Shown here: piece by piece, positions 50,001 through 64,000 of the stretch | Layout of the letters: each line of letters opens with the position of its first letter | How positions within the stretch are numbered: the first letter of the stretch is position 1 | Translations under genes and position numbers: made by a program | Notes under the pieces: model-generated | Told to the model about the DNA's origin: nothing | What the model saw: the letters and a program-made list of their open reading frames with translations, nothing else | Databases searched by the model: none | Source of the DNA: Vicugna vicugna | Lineage: Eukaryota | Assembly: GCA_013265495.1 (NCBI GenBank) | Contig: MU058423.1 | Location: forward strand, 75,061 to 139,060 | Direction: 5' to 3' | Length of the DNA stretch: 64,000 bases

Positions 50001-52886
50001 AATATGGCAGTGTCGTCTCCTGTTTCCAGGACAGGAAACAGGGCTCGGGGTGGGCACCAGCGGCATCAGACTTGCTCCGTGATGCTGACTGGGGTTGGCC
50101 ACGCCATTTAGGGAGAGCACATGGGTTGGACTACAGGCAGGAAACAGACCTGGGTTGGGCCAGAAGGGTTGGGAGATGCCCAGAAGAGGCTGTGGGGAGG
50201 GTTGAGGTGGGGGGCGTGGGGTGGGCAGACCAAAGATCTCTGCAGGCTTGGCCCAGGGCAAGGCGGGTGGAGAGGAGGGCTGGACTGTTGACTTGTCTGG
50301 GCAGGACCACAAACAAACGCATGTGAATGAGAAGCAAAGAAACAGGCAGGATTCCGTTCATCTCAGCTGGTCTCTCCTGAGCCCCACACAGCGCTGCACT
50401 TCATCCTCTGGGCCCCAGCACCTGAGAGTTTTCCCTCTCCTGACACCCCCACCCCCACCCCACGGCAGAGTGGTTCTCACACTCTCTGCCGGGGCTGTCC
50501 CTCTAGGGCATCTACAGCAACCATGCCTTCCAGATGGTCCACACTGAAGCTCCTCCAGGGCTGATGCGGACACCTAAGTGTCAACTCTCAGGGCCCTAAT
50601 TCCCTGGGCAGGAGATGGGAGTGGGGAGGGGTGGGGGCGAGACAGAACTGCAATTAACAAGCTGCCATCTGTCTACACTGTCTACACATCTGTCTGCCCC
50701 AGCCTGAGAGCAGAAGGAATAAAATGGCCTCCTGGGGGCCCTTCCAGCCCCGGGACTGCCAAGGGCTAGATGGATGAAGGGTATTAAATATTCAGCAAGT
50801 GCTCGGCAGGGAGATGGGAGAGCCCACGGCAACGGGCGAGCCCAGAGCTGGGCTGAAGGCCTGGCCTGTTCCCGAATTAGGACCCAGGTGGAGTCAATTA
50901 CCACAGTCCACAGCCAGGGAAAATCTGCACGGAGATGTGCCTTCTCCATGGTGTTCTGGATTCTGAACAGGGGAGAGGGAGGCAGGGACAGTAAGGAAGT
51001 GGTGTCTCCCAAGCGAAGGCCCAGGCCTATTTAAAGGTTTAATGTTGTCGAAGGTCTAGGGGTGGGCTGGGCAGAAGAGGGCTCAAGAATTTAGAAAGCA
51101 AGTGGAGAAGTGACTCACCGATGCCAACTGGCTGGCTAGACTCCGAGCAGCATGCCTGGCCCCCTGGGTGGTGATGCTGAGCAGATAGAAGAGGGAGCAC
51201 AAATCCAGCCTTTACAGCAGCTTGAGGGGCTCTGCTTCTTCAGGCACTTGCACAAGGATGCCTTCTCACCTCACCCCGCTTCCCAGGGCCCTGTGAAGTA
51301 AGCAGGGCAAGTGATGAGACTCAGGGAGGCCGAATGACCTGGATGTGCTCGCGTGCATGGTAGGTGAGGCTGGAACCCAGGAAACTCACAAACCTTCTCT
51401 CCCCATCCCCACCCCCCAGACAGGAACCCCTCACCTCTGCATGCCTCACTTTTCACACCACTTTATCTTCTTTCTTCCACCTTCTGGTCCTCATGATAGC
51501 CCTTCGAGGTATACTGGGGTTCTGGTATACCCCTGGGTTCTGAGCATAGCTTTGGCCCAGCTGTGTGTCCTTGAGCAAGTTCCATCCCCTCTCTGGGCCT
51601 CTGTAACTGTATCTTTTCCTCTGTAGGATAAAGATGGAGGCATCGATACACCTGAGGTCCCTTCTAGCTCTGACATTCTCTGGTTCTAAGCCCCATTTAA
51701 CAGATAAGAAAATTGAGGCTTAGCTCGTAGGGGGCGTGAATGGGAGAAAGGCTGCCTTCAGTTGCCCCATAGGACCTGCCTCCTGCCTCCCCTCTTCCCT
51801 CAGCTCAACCCAGGAGCATAAGAGAGAAGCACCTGTGCCCTCTCTGCATCCCAGGGGCTCACTTAAAGGTGACTCCAGTTTTTTGGCTCCGTTTTTGTCT
51901 GGGCCCAGAAGCAGGAAGTTTATCAGTGTTTAATGAAACCAGGAACAACCTAATTATCAAAGGCACTTTCAATAAGCACCTTTCAGTCCACATAGGGAGC
52001 GAGCACATTCAGAATAAAAAGGGAAGAAAATCCATTATCCTGAAATATCTGGACTCCTACCTGGGCTGAGCCCTGTGAAGTCATTATGAGTAATTATGGG
52101 CCACCACCCCAGCACAGCACACAGCCCCAGTTCTGGACCAGCCATGAGCCAGGAGCATGTGTCCCTGAGAGGCAGGGGCTGAGGTCATCAAAAAGGGTGA
52201 CTTTCCGGTTTTAGTTCCCTTTCATCCCACTTCTTGAATGCCCCTCCCCCGCTCCTTCATTTCATACTTCTTGTCTCAGCCCCAGTGGATTTGTTATCCC
52301 AAGTTTCCTTTTGTTCAGGGAGAAAGTCGTGCTCTGAGATTCTATTACGGGCTACTGGAAGGTTTACTTAAAGAGCTTTCCTAATTTTCTACCCAACTCA
52401 CTCTGAACTGGGACTAGGGTGATGTAGTGAAGATAGTGAAATGTTGTCAGTTGAGATGAAGTAGACAAAAGGGGAAAATTGTTTGGAAGAGGAGAAGTGA
52501 AAAAATTATGTTTGGCCATGTTAAATTGAAGATGTTGATTATAGACTCAAATGTCTAACATTTCAAATATGGAGTAAAGGGAAGGCTCAGGGCTAGAGAC
52601 AGATTTGAGAGTCATTGGACTGTATCGCATATAAATCCATAAACCAGCTGAAACCATCTGGGGAGAATGTGTTCACAGAGAATTCCTGGGCATACAGGAC
52701 TGGACCCTGGCTCTGAGCATCCAACATTTAGGAGTTGAACAGAGGAGTGATTGCAAATTGGAACCACCTGCTGCAACTGAACAACCTGCCTCTGCTGGTG
52801 TGAAGAAACAAGGCTGGATGATGCTGACAGAATAGAAAGCAGAGAAAACATGTATCCCTTCTGCCTTCTAGTCTACCTCTGGCGAG

Positions 52887-52906
52887 ACACACACACACAC
52901 ACACAC
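52887..52906 (+). repeat. (CA)n microsatellite
   Basis: Directly visible. Confidence 0.9.
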
Positions 52907-53229
52907 TGGCAGAACCTAACGGGTACTAAATAGCTGAGCAGAGAAGTGGTTTTCAAAGTTCTTGACCCAGCATCACAAAGTAGAGGGGAGAAGGACAGGG
53001 TTGAAGCTGAGAGACCATAGCTGAAAAACTGGCACACATTAAGATTCTTGTCTACTGTCTAAGGCTGGTCTGACTACTGCTTTCTCCCTTATTTCCCTCA
53101 TGGCCTTGGAGAGCTAAGAGGTGGTTGAGTAAAACAAAGATCAGAGGAAGCTGGCATCAGCTGAGAGAGCTGCCATATTGAGGAACGTAGATCAGCCAGT
53201 TAGCACTGAGATCAGAATGGAGCTGCTGG

Positions 53230-54085
53230 GATGGCCAATAAGCTCCTGAAAAGATGCTCAGTATCACTAATTATCAGAGAAGTACAAGTCAGAACTACAA
53301 TGAGGTATCACCTCACACCAGTCAGAATGGCCATCATTCAAAAGTTGACAAAAGATAAATGCTGGAGAGGGTGAGGAGAAAAGGGACCCCTCCTACACTG
53401 CTGGTGGGAATGTAGTTTGGTGCAGCCATTATGGAAAACAGTATGGAGATTCCTTAAGAAACTAAAAATAGACTTACTATATGATCCAGCAATCCCACTC
53501 CTGGGCATATATCCAGAGAAAACTCTAATTCTAAAAGATACATGCACCCTAATAGCAGCACTATTTACAGTAGTCAAGACATGGAAACAACCTAAATGTC
53601 TATTGACAGATGAATGGATAAAGAAGATGTGGTACATATATACAATGGAATACTACTCAGCCATATAAAAAGAATAAAATAATGCCATTTGCAACAACAT
53701 GGATGGACCTAGAGACCGTCATTCTAAGTGAAGTAAGTCAGACAAATATCATATGAAATCACTTGTATGTAGAATCTTAAAAAAAATACATAAACAAACT
53801 TACTTACAAAACAGAAAGAGACTCACAGACATAGGAAACATTTATGGTTAACAAAGGGGAGGCGGGGGAGGGATAAATTAGAAGTTTGGGATTAGCAGAT
53901 ACAATTATATACAAAATAGATAAACAAGGTCCTGCTGTATGGCACAGGGAACTATATTCAAGATCTTGTAATCACCTATAATGGAAAAGAATATATATGT
54001 ATAACTGAATCACTATGCTGTACACAAGAAACTAATACAACATTGTATATCACTTATAGTTCAATTAAAAATAAAAATTAAGAAC
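53230..54085 (+). mobile_element. 5'-truncated LINE-1 (ORF2 C-terminus and 3'UTR)
   Basis: ORF 53417..53668 [16 protein letters not shown]... TSD ATGGAGCTGCTGG at 53217-53229 and 54086-54098. Confidence 0.9.
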
Positions 54086-54960
54086 ATGGAGCTGCTGGAA
54101 ACCTGGCAGTATAAGAAACCCATAGAGGATGCCCTTGAGTGACCTAAGCTGATGGAAGGATGAGGGAGAGGCAAGAGTGAGGGGAGGTCAGCATTCCCTA
54201 GGAATAAGCATGAGAAAAATGGGCTTTCAGCTGAGATTCAGAGAGTGGCGCTCAGAGAGTTAATTCCATCTCTGAGGCTTCCTCTCCCCACATTCATTTT
54301 TGCTCAAGGAGGAGCAGGGAACCCTTAGTGGAACTAAATAACCCTGTCCTTCCTTTCAAATCCCTGTGGATTAGGTTCTTAATGGGCTTCACCTAGGGTG
54401 GGGCAGGGTGGGAAACTTAAGAGTTCTGAGAAGGGTGTGGGGACCTTGGTGTTGGGGGAGCCTGGGCAATGCGGTTGTCTGTCTGGAGAGCTCTTCCACA
54501 CCAACGATTCTTAACGTCTAATTTAATGTCCTGAAAATTAGCAAAAGACGCAGACAGCACTGCTGCCTCCCTGGGTCCTGATTGACTCACTTCTGCCAGT
54601 TCATCCTTCAGATTCTTCCCAGGCTCACCACCTGCCAAATCAGGACCACAGCTCCTGAGCGAACATGATTTATGAACCTGTCGACTATCTCCATATAGAC
54701 AGGCTGTGTGAGCTTAATCTTCTCAAATCTCTAGCTATCCAACTTTTCCTGGGGAGGTTCTAACGCTTCGTAGTTTGAGTCTCACTCCCAATCTGTGTGG
54801 TTATATAGATGTCCTCACCTCCCACATTCCCTCTGCAGCCTCAAGAGACGGAAAGCATTTTAAGTACTTACAATCAAGGGCTGGGGAAGACATCCTATGG
54901 TGCTCCGATCTGGCTTCCCATGACCACATGAGCCTCAAGTCTGATGGCAGATTGAAATCA

Positions 54961-55401
54961 TGATGGAGTAATCAGAAGGCAGGCATGCAAAATGAGGCAG
55001 GCGGCCATTGAGCATCTGGTTTCAGACACGTCCCTGCATCACTGAGAACCTGAACTTTCTGTGAACTGTACCAAACCCAAGGATACCAGCCATTTTTGAA
55101 ACAGTATTTACAAACTGCAACCCTGTGTCTCAAGGTTGTTCCCCCTTGTAACTATGCCACCACTTCAGACCCCAGCCAATCTTTGCTAAATAAGCACCCT
55201 TACATCTTGCCAGCTCCAATTATATTCTAATTCTTGTAAACAACTCATGTAACTAACTGTGGCCTTGAGGTCTTTGTCTTTATAAACTTTCTCCATTGTG
55301 TAGTCCAGCAGGACACAATCCAAGGGCTGCAGTCCTAACAAACCCCAAATAAATGCCTCTTTATTTCAATCAGGTCTTTGCTTCTGAAATTTGGGTTAAC
55401 A
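54961..55401 (+). mobile_element. Probable ERV solo LTR
   Basis: TG...CA ends (TGATGGAG...GGGTTAACA), TATAAA ~55281, AATAAA ~55348. Confidence 0.5.
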
Positions 55402-58400
55402 AGCCCTTCAGAGCAGCCAGTGCCAGGCTGACAGGAGCCCTGGATCCCAAGCAAGGACTCTGGCCACTCCCCCGTCACATCCTCCTGCACCAAATAACCC
55501 TCTACCTTCTGCAGAGGGGCGGCCCCTTGTTGCCTTTTCCTGGAACTCTCAGCCTGCACTCTACATCTGATCTGCATAGAAAAAGATGATAGAACCTAAG
55601 CTCACCACCGATTTGGACCAAAGCCCTGGTGACAATTTAAACTGAAATGCATTAATAGCTCTGAATATTTCATGTCAGGTACATTAGAACAACCAGCATT
55701 ACTTATTGAAGGCTGATCACCCGTCATGGGTATTAATACATTTTGCTTCACAGTGTCAGCCAAAGGGAAATTAGCTTCAAGGAACAAGGCAGGAGGCTTT
55801 TGGTAGGAGGTATTCAGGAAATAAATCTTGCATGGGTGGAAGGTGTGACCTAGTGGGGTTATCCAACCTCACTCTGGCTTCTAACAAAACTTGTGGAAGG
55901 CTCATCAGGAGGACCTTTAAACCACCATGTGTGCAGGCATCCCAGACAAAACCAGGCTGGGCTGCGCCTCCGTTTTCTCTGGCAGGTATTAATTTCCCAA
56001 CGTCCGACGTGCAGCCCGGTGCCTAGCCCTTCTGGTTTTCTACAGGGGCTAGTAAAGGAGTAAATGGGCCTAACTGACCAGAGGGGATGTGGGCTGACCT
56101 GAGCAAAGCTCACGGCCAAGAGTGGCTCTGTCCTTTCTTGCAGGACTGAAGTTTTCATCGTCTTGAGTCTCTGACCCTGCTCCCTTTGGCCTGTGCTCTC
56201 AAACCCATGTATCAGTCAGGGCCAGCTCAAGAAACAAACCACTCTAGCTCTTTTAAGCAGCGAGATATTTAATACAGAGAATGAGGCATCTCTAAAATTG
56301 TTGGAAGGGTTAGAGGAGTGGGTTCGAGGCTAAGGCTGCGGGATGGCTCCTGGAACTTCACCCAACTGATCCCCCAGAATTCTCAGTCTAACCGTATCAT
56401 TTCCTTATTTTATGGTCATGCGGATGTTAATTTACTGTTAAAGAAATTAAGAAACTATAAAGAAAATATATTTTGATACTAAAGCAATGTAAAACATTTT
56501 AGTTTATTTAAAATTTTTTTGTCATAAGTATATGCCTCTTCAAGCCTATTGAGGGGTGGGGAGCCAATTAGAAAAATCTTCCTAAGAGCATTATTTTATG
56601 GGGTCTTTTACTCACAGGACAATTTTACTTGTACGTTGCCTGTTTACCTGACCTTGCTCTGGTCACTTCCCTGTGCTTCTCCCCTCAGCATTCAGCCCCT
56701 CCATCAGGTCCAGCCTGTTAACATCAACAAAGATGGGGTCCCTTGTTCAAAAAGCAGGAGGAAAAGTGCCATTAAAGTTGCTAAAATACGAAGCCTTTTG
56801 CTTTTGCCCCTTCTTTTCTCTTTTGAGTTGTTACGGGGTTTTTTTGTTTGTTTGTTTGTTTGTTTTGCTGTTTAATGTCATTCTAAGTAAAAAACAACAT
56901 TAATTTTGAATTACTAACATAAATTTTACTGTGCATCTTTATTTTGCACAATACCAGTTTTAAATGCAAATATAAGTTCATTTAGTTCATATGCAGAATC
57001 ACCGAAGTTACATAATTCATATTTCATAGTTGGTACACCTACACATATTTTATTCTTATTGAAATAGTGGACTGCACAAAACTCACTCAGCAGTTTTCAC
57101 TTTGCTTCTTGAAATGTGCACATCCTACCAACACTTTCTACTTACAGGTTGCCAATGACTAAAGAAGGACTGAAAGGAAAGGGAACCATGAGTGTCCTGT
57201 CTTTCTCTTTCCTTGTGTGTCATCATTTTCAGTGTAAGTGGTTGCCTAATACAAGGAAGTAACAGGAGCGAGAAAGGAAATGATTAGGCCCCTTGGTTGT
57301 CCATGGTTCTTAGAACTCTGTTGTCTTCAAACTCTGGTTTGAAGCAAGTTCTGTTTTGCTAGAAAAGTGTGATCTCCCTGGCCTGTCAGCGTCCCGCCAC
57401 CCCTTACTGAGACTTAGATGTAACACACTTACCTTGTATTCCTCCTACACATCCGAGCCAGTGCTTACTGGGCATCACAAAGACAACATGTGAATGGGCA
57501 GCAAGGAACAACAAACACATATATTACACGTCTTCTCTGCTCACAGACAACATCCTCCATTGTCCCACTGGATTTCACACACACAAGTTCAACGACAAAA
57601 TGACTAAGAATTTCCAGTAGATAGCATTAAAACAAACATGTGGACAGGATGCAGGGAAACCAGAAGGGATAACACATTATTCCAGGCTAGTTACAGCAGA
57701 ACAGTTAGCTAGCCTGTTGGCCTGAAGGGACCAACACCCCAGAAGGAGAGAGTGATGGTGAAAGGACTGCCTTGAAAGAAGCTGAGACCTTTGGTTGAGA
57801 GGTACAGCCAATCCCCGGCAACCACACAGGAAAGGGACTGGTGACATAAGTACCCCAACCTCACCATCCTCCCTCCCTCCAGTCTCCTGCCGGAGGTGCC
57901 CATTGCCAAACCCACTGGGCAAGTGAGCCCATCCATAGGGGCCAGCCTCCCAGGACAGAGAACAGAGTGAAGAAGAGGGGATAACGGATCTAGGAGGAAA
58001 CAGAATATGTCCTTGGGCCCAGGGGTAGGAACAATAACCCAGCTGGGCAGTTCAGACTCTCTCCTCTTGGGATCTGAATTCTAAGTGGAGCAACACGAGG
58101 ACAGGAGGTGACTGGAGCTGATACACCTTGACAGTTGAGTTGCGACAAGACTATTAGTTTTTGCTACCTGGGTCCCTGAGCTGCCTTAGTTCCAGGCCTT
58201 TCCAGGACTTGGTTGTTCAGCTGTTCCTGCTATGCTTGGGATTCCCTTATTCTTACAGTAATTTTTCTTTGTGCATTAGTTAGCAAGAGTCCGTTTTTTG
58301 CTTGAAACCAATATACCTCAAATGATATAAACTCGTGAACATGGGAGGAAGAGAGGAAGCCCTCAAGCTGGCAGCTGTGTGGAGTTTGTGGATTTAATGT

Positions 58401-60974
58401 GAGAGAGCCAGAAAGAAGCGAGACCAGTGAGGAGGCTACTTTAATAGTCCCTATGAAGGATAGTTAAGGACCCGAACCAGACAAAACAGGAAATGATCTG
58501 GTGAGCCTCTAGTCAGTCTCTGCCACAAGGTCCTACTTCAACTATATAACATCTTGTCAGTCCATGTGGTGAACAGTGAAAGCTCTAATTTTGGATTTGG
58601 ACAATGTGGTCACTGTATGTGTTCACTTCCAGGTATGGGCCAGGCATGATGAAATTCGGCAAGAGATAAAGATTAATAAGATCTAAAAAAGAAAACAAAA
58701 AACCTAGGGGTCACCTACATGAAGAACTCTAATTTGAGGTTGACAGCAAGATGGGCCCTAATGGAGGCAGCACCAAAATCCTGGGGAGAACAGAGGGGAG
58801 GAGGGAGACTCCTTCTGACAGTGGGCATCTGACAGCAGCATGAAGGACTGGACTTGAAGTGGGGACACTTTGTTTTATTCTTAGTTCCATTGAAGAAAAA
58901 AATTACTCTGACCCTTGTTAGATCAGTAAGGAAGACTTTATTCAGGGCTGTTGCAATAGGGACATTGCACTCGGGGGGAGAGGTTGGGCTCCAATCTCTA
59001 TACAGCAAAGACAACTGGGGATTTAGGGCCAATGAGCAGAATGAGGGGGTCAATGGATGGAAAAGTATAAAAAGGAGATATCAAGGGTAGAAGGAGTCTT
59101 GCTGAACTGACTGAACAGGATCCTTGTGAAAAGCAAGGTTGAAAACTTACACACCAGAGGGGGGGATGAGGAAGATCCGATGTGAAGGATCAGGGTTCTC
59201 ACCAAGCTGCCTCGGCTGGTCTCTGTTTCTCTTGCTATATGCACTGTCTCACAGATCCTTCTTTGAAATGGCTTTACCATTCGGCTCATTGCCTCATTAG
59301 TGAATTAAAAAATGCTCACTATCTATTTACATAAGAGGCATGTTTTACTTTCTGAAAAGTGTATTTTGACAAGGGGAACTTCTCCTGACCCACAGTTTCT
59401 GTTCCCTTTAAGACTCCCCCATCGACAACCACATCATCTAAATACAACCAGGGAGAGAGACCACAGGATGTCTGAGTGATGACCGTGGTGGAGGGGATTA
59501 TCAGGGAGGGCTCCTCTCATTTCCCAGGGAATAGGATGCCTTCCCACACTCATCTCACAGCAGCTGTTTGACTCTGGAGTCTCTGAACCCCTCAGGCCTG
59601 AGCCTGGGCACACAGAGATGAGTGAGTTCCCCAGCCCCCCACCGCAGCCCCCCACCCCCACACACACAGCTAGCTCTACAGGTCCCCACTCCATCTTTCT
59701 CTCTTACCTACCTCCCCTCAAAGCTCCTCCTCTTTTTTTCCTAAATGTATTAAGGGACTTGGAGTTGGAATGAAGAAGATATAAATGGCAAGGACCCAAA
59801 GCCAATTTGTTTTAATATGCTAATGGAGCACGTGCTGAAATGTAATTTTTTTGCATATATTACTTTGAAATGCAAATTACAAGAACTCTCAGTAACTATC
59901 TCACTAATCTCCTGAGGTTAAAGGACAAAGGGGAGAAAATTACTTGAAAACTCATTTGCCAACTCTTTTGTAGCAGAGAAACCTCTGCCAAGCGCCCCCT
60001 CCACCCGCCAGCTGTCTTCTACTCCTGCTAAACCTAATGAAATCGTAGCGCCCTCTTCACACTAAAGTGAACCTTTTGCTTTGTCCCAGCCAGTGGCCTT
60101 GCAGACAACTACCAGCCTGGGGGCAGGTCTGATAGTCACAAAGAAAACACAGTCATCTTGCTTCAGTATTTTCCTCTCTAAAACACCAAGAGGAAAGGGA
60201 CCAAGCAGAGTCACTGAAGGGTATTAATGGACTGACTACTAAACTGCCCTGGCAAAGCTGGTTAGATCTCCAAGTTCAGAGTCCAGGCTGACTCACTCAC
60301 AGCTCAGGGCTCCTGTTCCCAACCTTACATTCACTGGCCTGGCCTTTCACAGGTCACAGAAATGTTGCTGGTCTGACATTCCTTTGGCACGTACTTTCTG
60401 AGGGCTCTGATTCCTGAGTAAAAACCTACGTGTGATTTTCAGGCCTGACCTCAGGCAGTTACAAAGGCTTTACCTGGCAGGTCTAGCCTGGGAAGCTGCT
60501 CCCTTGACAGCAGACTTGGTGCACAGTCAAGGCATTACAGTCTCCCAGGGGAGCTGCAGCCACGTGGCTGTTCCTCAGTCAGGGCCTCATTGCCTGGTCT
60601 CTTCATCTGAGGCCTCGGGCAAGGTCTCCTTCAGCCTCTTCTGCCCAGGCCTCCTTACAGGGGAGGAGAGGAAACCCTGAAGACCCCTTCCCCCACCCAG
60701 ACTCAGTGCTCAGGACTTTACACCCTTCACCCTCCCTCCTCGCTCCCTGACCCCCAACCTCAGTGTCCACAAAACCTCAGAGCCTGTCGTCCAGGCTGCC
60801 TGAACTCTGCGATGACCCCACACCTGTGCTGAGCCACCTGCCCCCGCCCCACCCATTGGTGTGGCGCCCCATGCGGGGAAATGAACAGAGGGAGTCAGCA
60901 CTTCCTTAGTTTCAGCCTCTTAAACCATTGCAGTAAGTGGTTAGAGCTTTAAGGCTTTCATTTTTGGCTGGTCC

Positions 60975-61529
60975 TATAAAGGAGCAAAACTTGCCACCCC
61001 AAAATGTCTCTTTGGCATGGGGTTTTATTTTGAGCTGGGGTCGGGGGGAGGGGGGGGACAATCAAAGCCCAAAAGCCTCAGGAAGAAACTGCGACCTTGC
61101 CCCTAACTGCCTGAAGAATACAGACAGAGCATCTGCCCCAGGAAGGCAGCCATCGCCGCAGGTAACTGTCATATGAGCTGGGTGTGGAGACTGGGAGGAA
61201 CCTCGCCAAGTCTTAGAATTCCTCTCTGTGGGCCATTGCCTCCACAGGGCCCAGCAAACATCTGTTTACCAAACATGTGCTTTTCGTCTCCATGTCAGCT
61301 GCCTTCCTTCCTCAAAGTCCCAAACCCTTACCTGCTACATTTTTTTCCATCTTCAGTTGAAGATGGTATTTTAGGTGAGAGTCTGGGCCCTTTTACCCGA
61401 TTTTTCTGGGCCTCTCCCGTGAATACATGTTATTAATCTTTGTGTGGTTTTCTCCTGTTAATCTGTTAATCTTTTTAGACCAGCCAGAAGAAACTAGAAG
61501 AGTAAAGGAAAATTTCTTCCTCCAGGACA
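60975..61529 (+). mobile_element. MER34/MER39-like ERV1 solo LTR
   Basis: ...TTGCCACCCCAAAATGTCTCTTTGGCATGG..TATTTTGAGCTG start and GGAAAATTTCTTCCTCCAGGACA end. The homologous segment at ~39965 lacks it. Confidence 0.7.
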
Positions 61530-61784
61530 GTTGCTTTTATCAGCTACACAGATATCTGACAGCTCAGCCAGGGCTCTCTGTCTCTGTTTGTCTGTCTCCA
61601 CTCCAGCTCAGCTGAGCTCCTAATGCCCTTACTTACTGTTCCCATAACCTTTAGATAGGAGATCCTTAAGGATTTTTTCCTGATAATAACAGATACCTTG
61701 GTTTTTAGCATTTGTGTTAAACACAATGCTATGCACTTTATTTGAATTATCTTGACTAATCTTCAAGACAGCTGCCTTTATTAT

Positions 61785-62145
61785 TATTTTCTTTTTTTAT
61801 TAACGTATAGTTGGTTTATAATGTTAGTTTCTGGTGTATAGCAAAGTGATTCAGTTATACATATATATAAAATCTTCAGATTCTTTTCTATTTCAGGTTA
61901 TTACAAGATATTGAATATAGTTCCCTGTGCCATACATACATTAGGACCTTGTCATTTATGTATTTTATATATAGTGGTGTCTATCTGCTAATCCGAAGCT
62001 CCTAATTTATCCCTCCCCCACCTGTCTGTCTCCTTTGGCAACCATAAATGTGTTTTCTATGTCTATGTCATTTGTATCACTTTTTGGATTCCACATATAA
62101 GTGACATTATGTGATATGTCTTTCTCTGAGTTACTTCACCCCGTA
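61785..62145 (-). mobile_element. LINE-1 3' fragment
   Basis: Same antisense L1 3'UTR text as 6377-6770. Confidence 0.8.
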
Positions 62146-64000
62146 CTATATTCTTTACTCTTGTTGCCAGACACACTCTCCCACTCTTTTTACAGTATGA
62201 ACCTATTTATTTTTTAACACCTTTGTTGTATGGTTCCTGCACAGTAAACTACACATATTCCAGATGTACAATTTGATGAATTTTTATAGATGTATACACC
62301 CATGAAACTACCACTACAATCAAGATAGCTAACATTCTTCTTCCACTTTTTAAGAGAAGAAAATTGTGGCTTAAACACATTGAATGAATTGGCGAAGGCC
62401 ACACAGCTAGTAAGTGGCAAAGAGGGAACTGGAACATGGATCTGTATGATCTAAAGTCCGAGCACTTAATCACCCCACTTTCTGACTGTGTTCCGGGCAC
62501 CCCTCCACCAGGCATACACCTGAACTCCCGGCATGCATCAGGGGCTCACTAATGGTTCCTTATGTGAATAATTCTCAATTCTGCACCTTCTGCCATAATC
62601 ACTCAGTCCTGTGGCTACCATTAAGGATGCAGGATGTTTCAGTTAGTTGCCCCAAAGCCACTTCTCAACATGCCCTACCCTGATTTAATCATTTTCTTTT
62701 CTTAAATGTTCCTCTTCCCCAGTGGGTCCATTTCTCATGATATCACCATTTTCCCGTTCCCAAGCTAACAGCCCTACAGTCATTTCGGACACATCCCCAG
62801 CCCCACACCTGATCTGACATCAAGTGTGACTGCTTTTCTCTTTGAAGTGAGTCTTGACCTCTCTGAACCCACTCTGACTTTAGCTCTCCTCGCCCGGGGT
62901 TAATGACCAATGCAGTCCCCAGTCTCAGAGCCCAGCCCCCTGAGGACCCCTCTCCCCTCCTCTGGCTTCTTGGATCCCAACGGCACACAGTCCCGAAGTC
63001 ACAGAGCCTGCTGGTGGGCCGCAGACTTGCATGTAGGCTTGGTTTAGATTGGAGTTGGAGCCTGTGTTTTGTTTGCGGAAAGGAGATTGATAGTTTCATG
63101 TCATCATAAATAAACTATGAATTCATGCCCTCCAGACCATGTCACGCTACAGGGAACACAAGCTGCCCTGGTTGTCCTCCCAAATCACGGTTTTCCCCCT
63201 TCACCTCTGACCTCCCACCATTTGCTCCAAGAATCTATTTCCTATTGTTATAAACCAACAAACAAAAAATGCCTACTCTTTCTGAGGAAGACAGAATATG
63301 TTTAGTGTGCGTACTATACTTTTTACAGTTGTTATTCATGAAAAATTGTATCCAATAAGTATTTTTATGGCTTTAAAATATGAACAGAAATAATTCTATT
63401 AGTCATTAGAAAACTATAAAAATACTGGTAAGAATCAAGCTTGCTGCCACAGGGACTGCAAAACAAAGATTTTAAAAGGCAATACTGTTGACTGATTGGA
63501 TCAGGAGTTGGTGGATAATTAGGCCTGGGGAAGCGGGGAGTGATGACCCTCTCGTCTTTAAGCCACCCCTACCCCCGGCCACTATCAATCCTGTCCGCCA
63601 GTGGGATCCCATCAGCTTTGGAGTCAGGCAATGAGGAAGGGGTGAAGTGAAGGCCTGAGAGTGGGGGTCCAAAGAAAAATGCAGGTCTGTTCACCTCTTT
63701 GGTCCCTAAAACCAAGGTCCCCATCAGTCTGCAGTCTCTCCTCTTCTGTCCTAAATCAGAGCACAGGCATTTTAAAGACCATATCTGTCAAGAGATATGA
63801 AGCCTTTGCAGACTATTATGAAAGTTTACACAAATCTGATTATCCCCCCAGTGAACTATATTACAGTGAATTCTTCCAACAAGATTAGCATCAAATAGAT
63901 TTGCTGAATTTACTACCAGCAGCCTTGGCCAGCAATGGAGAAAGAGCAGAATAAACAGAGACCTCTGTCCCTTTATTTAATTCTTTCCTTCATTCTCCTT

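Noticed and set aside
42265..51034. Many 100-260 aa ORFs (e.g. 43689..44474, 47471..48067, 49742..50326)
   Set aside because: GC-rich intergenic DNA with overlapping ORFs in all frames, mostly non-ATG starts, and no family similarity or consistent exon chain that I can see.
1..64000. CRISPR arrays, operons or other prokaryotic systems
   Set aside because: The sequence is mammalian (spliced gene, LINEs, SINEs, LTRs), and I saw no regularly spaced repeat-spacer structure.

Overview
Mammalian genomic DNA, very likely camelid (two tRNA-derived SINEs resembling the camelid Vic-1 family). The one recognisable host gene is an intact 5-exon, + strand SLC16A1 (MCT1)-like monocarboxylate transporter. 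It has a CpG-island promoter and non-coding exon 1 ending at 3786, and CDS exons 24212-24428, 25470-25613, 28066-28932 and 31245-31489 (490 aa). The protein keeps the H+-coupling residues K38/D309/R313 but has clustered changes at normally invariant pocket and gate positions (Y34C, P37G, M65V/L66F, F274A/G276A/F278A, S371G; human numbering, from memory). It also has a shortened C-terminus without the EEE-SPV motif and a short 3'UTR, so it looks like a diverged MCT1 paralogue rather than the canonical gene. Intron 1 holds a full-length antisense LINE-1 with intact ORF1 and ORF2 and a long inter-ORF spacer. The rest of the window is repeat-rich intergenic DNA. It includes a probable multi-step L1 3' transduction, a three-level nested insertion, a ~0.4 kb segment duplicated 21 kb apart, and the tail of a probable retrocopy at the left edge. 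There are two assembly gaps (4868-5099, 15889-16168). Comparisons with human or rat sequences and repeat family names are from recall, not from database searches.
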